Assembly: GCF_963921235.1 (NCBI RefSeq)
Contig: NC_086101.1
Span: 2,172,001-2,236,000, forward strand
Direction: 5' to 3'
DNA from: Mobula hypostoma
Lineage: Eukaryota
Length of the DNA stretch: 64,000 bases
Part shown: piece after piece, positions 61,430 through 64,000 of the stretch
How positions within the stretch are numbered: position 1 is the stretch's first letter
How the letters are laid out: each line of letters opens with the position of its first letter
Notes under the pieces: model-generated
The model's database searches: none
Seen by the model: the letters and a program-made list of their open reading frames with translations, nothing else
What the model was told of the DNA's origin: nothing
Program-made: the position numbers and the translations under genes

Positions 61430-62210
61430 AATAGAAACAGAAAACCTACAGCACAATACAGACCCTTCGACCCACAATGCTGCGCCGGACATGTACTTAA
61501 CTTAGAAATTACCTAGGGTCACCCATAGCCCTCTATTTTTCTAAGCTCCAGGTACCTATCCAGGAGTCTCTTAAAAGACCCTATCGTATTCGCCTCCACC
61601 ACCATTGCCAGCAGCCTATTCCACGCACTCACCACTCTCTGTGTATATAAAAAAAATCTTACCCCTGACATCTCCTCTGTACCTACTTCCAAACACCTGC
61701 CTTCTCGAGTTAGCCATTTCAGCTGGGAAAAAGCTTATCATCATCTTACACACCTCTATCAGGTCACCTCTCATCCTCCATCGCTCCAAGGAGAAAAGGC
61801 CGAGTTCACTCAACCTATTCTCATAAGGCATGCTCCCCAATCCAGGCAACATCCTTGTAAATCTCCTCTGCACCCTTTCTATGGTTTCCACATCCTTCCT
61901 GTAGTGAGGCGACCAGAACTGAGCACAGTACTCCGTGGGGTCTGACCAGGATCCTATATAGCTGTAACATTGCCTCTCAGCTCTTAAACTCAATCCCATG
62001 GTTGGTGAAGTCCAGTACACCGTATGCCGTCTTAACCACAGAGTCAACCTGCGCAGCAGCTTTGAGTGTCCTATGGACTCGGACCCAAAGATCCCTCTGA
62101 TCCTCCACACTGCCAAGAGTCTTACCATTAATACTATATTCTGCTATCATATTTGACCTACCAAAATGAACCACTTCACACTTATCTGGGATATAACTCC
62201 ATCTGCCACA
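61430..62210 (-). mobile_element. 5'-truncated CR1 3' end nested in an older plus-strand CR1 tail
   Basis: Same subfamily as 2000-2832 and 16305-17027; host reads gataataaat|...|aaatcggtcatg. Confidence 0.92.
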
Positions 62211-62489
62211 AATCGGTCATGATGGTATAGCATAGCAGACTTGATGGGCTGAATGGTCTGAGCCCCACGTCTCAAGTTACAGCCCTGGCCATGCATATAC
62301 TGGATGTGAGTCGGTCGAGTTAGCACGGCCCAAAGCAGGCAGACTGGATGGGGTGGTGGGAGCAGGGACAGGATCTTGCATGTGTGAGGAGAGAGCTATC
62401 TGTCTAACTTGAGGTGTATGCACCCCTTCCATTTCCTCATCCGAGTCATCTTTAAACATCACAAAGAGCAGGGGTACCAGAACAGAGGT

Positions 62490-64000
62490 GGAAATCAAAT
62501 CATTAGAAAGAGGTCACGTAGGTAGAGGTAAGGAACTGCAGGGGTAAAAAGGCCCTGATGGGAGTTCTGTACAGGCCCGCAAAGAGTAGTAAGGATGTGG
62601 CCTACAGATTAAAATAGGACATGGAAAATGCAGGCCAAAAGGTTACTGGGGGTCCTGGGGGGCTTCAACATGCAGGTAGATTGGGAAAATCAGGTTGGTG
62701 TTGGGGTACAGGATTTTTTGGAGTTCCTGTAACATGCCTTTTTAGAGCAGCTCATGGTTGAGCCCATTAGAAGATCAGCTATTCTGGACTGAGTGTTGTG
62801 CAATGCACCAGAATTGATTAGAGAGCTTAAGGTAAAGGGACCCTGAGGAGAAAGTCATCATAATATGATTGAATTCACCCTGAAATTTGGGAGGAAGCTA
62901 AATTCAGATGTATCAGTATTCCAGTGAAGAAAAGGGAATTACAGAGGCCTGAGAGAGGAGCTGGCCAGAAATGATTGGAAAAGAATATTGGTAGGGATGA
63001 AGGCTGAGCAGCAATGGCTGGAATCTCAGGAAGCAATTCGGAAGGCACAGGATATACACAAAGAGGAAGAAGTATTCTAAAGTCAAGATGACACAGTCAT
63101 GGCTAGCAAAAGAAGTCAAAGCCAGCGTAGCCAGAGAGAGGCATATAATAGAGTAAAAATTAGTGGGAATTCAGAAGATTGGGAAATGTTTGAAATCAAC
63201 AAATGGCAACCAAAATAGTTGTTAAGACATTAAAGATGGATATGAAAGTAAGCTAGTCAATAACTAGATACATGAGATGTAAAGAGAGGTGAGAGTAGAT
63301 ATTGGATCGCTGGAAAACGATGCTGAAGAGGTAGTAATGGGGGTTAAGGAAATGGCAGACACACTGAATAAGTATTTCGTATCAGTCTTCACTGTGGAAA
63401 ACATGAGCAGTATGGTGGGAGTTCCAGGAGTCGGGGTCAAGAAGTGTGTGAAGTTACTAACACTAGAGAGGAGGTTCTTGGGAAACTGAAAGCTCTGAAG
63501 GTAGGTAAGTCACCTGGACCAGATGGTGTACACCCCAGGGTTCTGAAGGAGGTGGCTGAAGAGATCGTGGAGGCATTAGTAATGATCTTTGAAAAATCTA
63601 AGTTCTGTAATGGTTCTGGAAGACTGGAAAATTGCAAATGTCACTCCACTCTTCAAGAAGGGAGAGAGGCAGAAGGAAGGAAACTATAGGCCAGTTAGTC
63701 TGACCTCAGTGGTCGGGAAGATTTTGGAGTGATTATTATGGAAGAGGTTTCAGGGTACTGGGAGGCACATGATAAAATAGGTTAGTCAGCATGGTTTCCT
63801 CAAGGGAAAATCTTCCCTGACAAATCTGTTGGAATTCTTTGAAGAAATGACAAGCAGGGGTCCTGACGAAGGGTCTCGGCCTGAAACGTCGACTGCGCCT
63901 CTTCCTATAGATGCTGCTTGGCCTGCTGCGTTCACCAGCAACTTTGATGTGTGTTGGTTGATGTTGTGTACTTGGATTTTCAGAAGGCCTTTGACAAGTT
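62490..64000 (+). mobile_element. Decayed CR1 ORF2 (EN to RT), runs off the window
   Basis: KSPGPDGVHPRVLKE, aactataggccagttagtctgac, tacttggattttcagaaggcctttgac. Confidence 0.9.
63859..63894 (+). ncRNA. Minimal type I hammerhead ribozyme motif in a Penelope-like pLTR fragment (63859-63956)
   Basis: GGTC-CTGACGA-AGG(gtctcgg)CCT-GAAA-CG-TC-GACT: intact core boxes, stems I and II, palindromic mini stem III. Confidence 0.75.

Overview
Eukaryotic vertebrate DNA, most likely a shark or ray. That assignment is inferred from the repeat landscape: dense CR1 LINEs, HE1/V-SINE-like elements and Penelope-type hammerhead repeats. The window holds most of one plus-strand gene, the kinesin-14 motor KIFC1. 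Fourteen GT-AG exons from 3511 to 48477 splice in frame to about 589 aa (tail, coiled coil, neck, C-terminal motor); the start codon was not identified. Introns are filled with CR1 fragments, two near-full-length decayed CR1s, SINEs, Penelope pLTR remnants and at least nine tandem arrays. After the poly(A) site sit two abutting satellites (39 bp x ~238 and 81 bp x ~33), which explain the ~3,100-aa ORFs in the track. Best leads: (1) the 9.3-kb 39-bp array is bounded on the minus strand by an acceptor-like site and a perfect AAG|GTAAGT donor, then a 145-nt intron-like gap and a terminal-exon-like segment with AATAAA, suggesting a convergent transcript with a giant repeat exon; (2) a 109-bp array resembles amplified copies of the adjacent KIFC1 3' splice site; (3) a 416-bp TSD-flanked non-autonomous RTE-like element with a structured 5' domain; (4) an intact minimal hammerhead ribozyme core; (5) a hairpin-forming array just after a splice donor. 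Exon coordinates were counted by hand. Repeat boundaries are approximate, and family names come from recalled motifs, not database searches.
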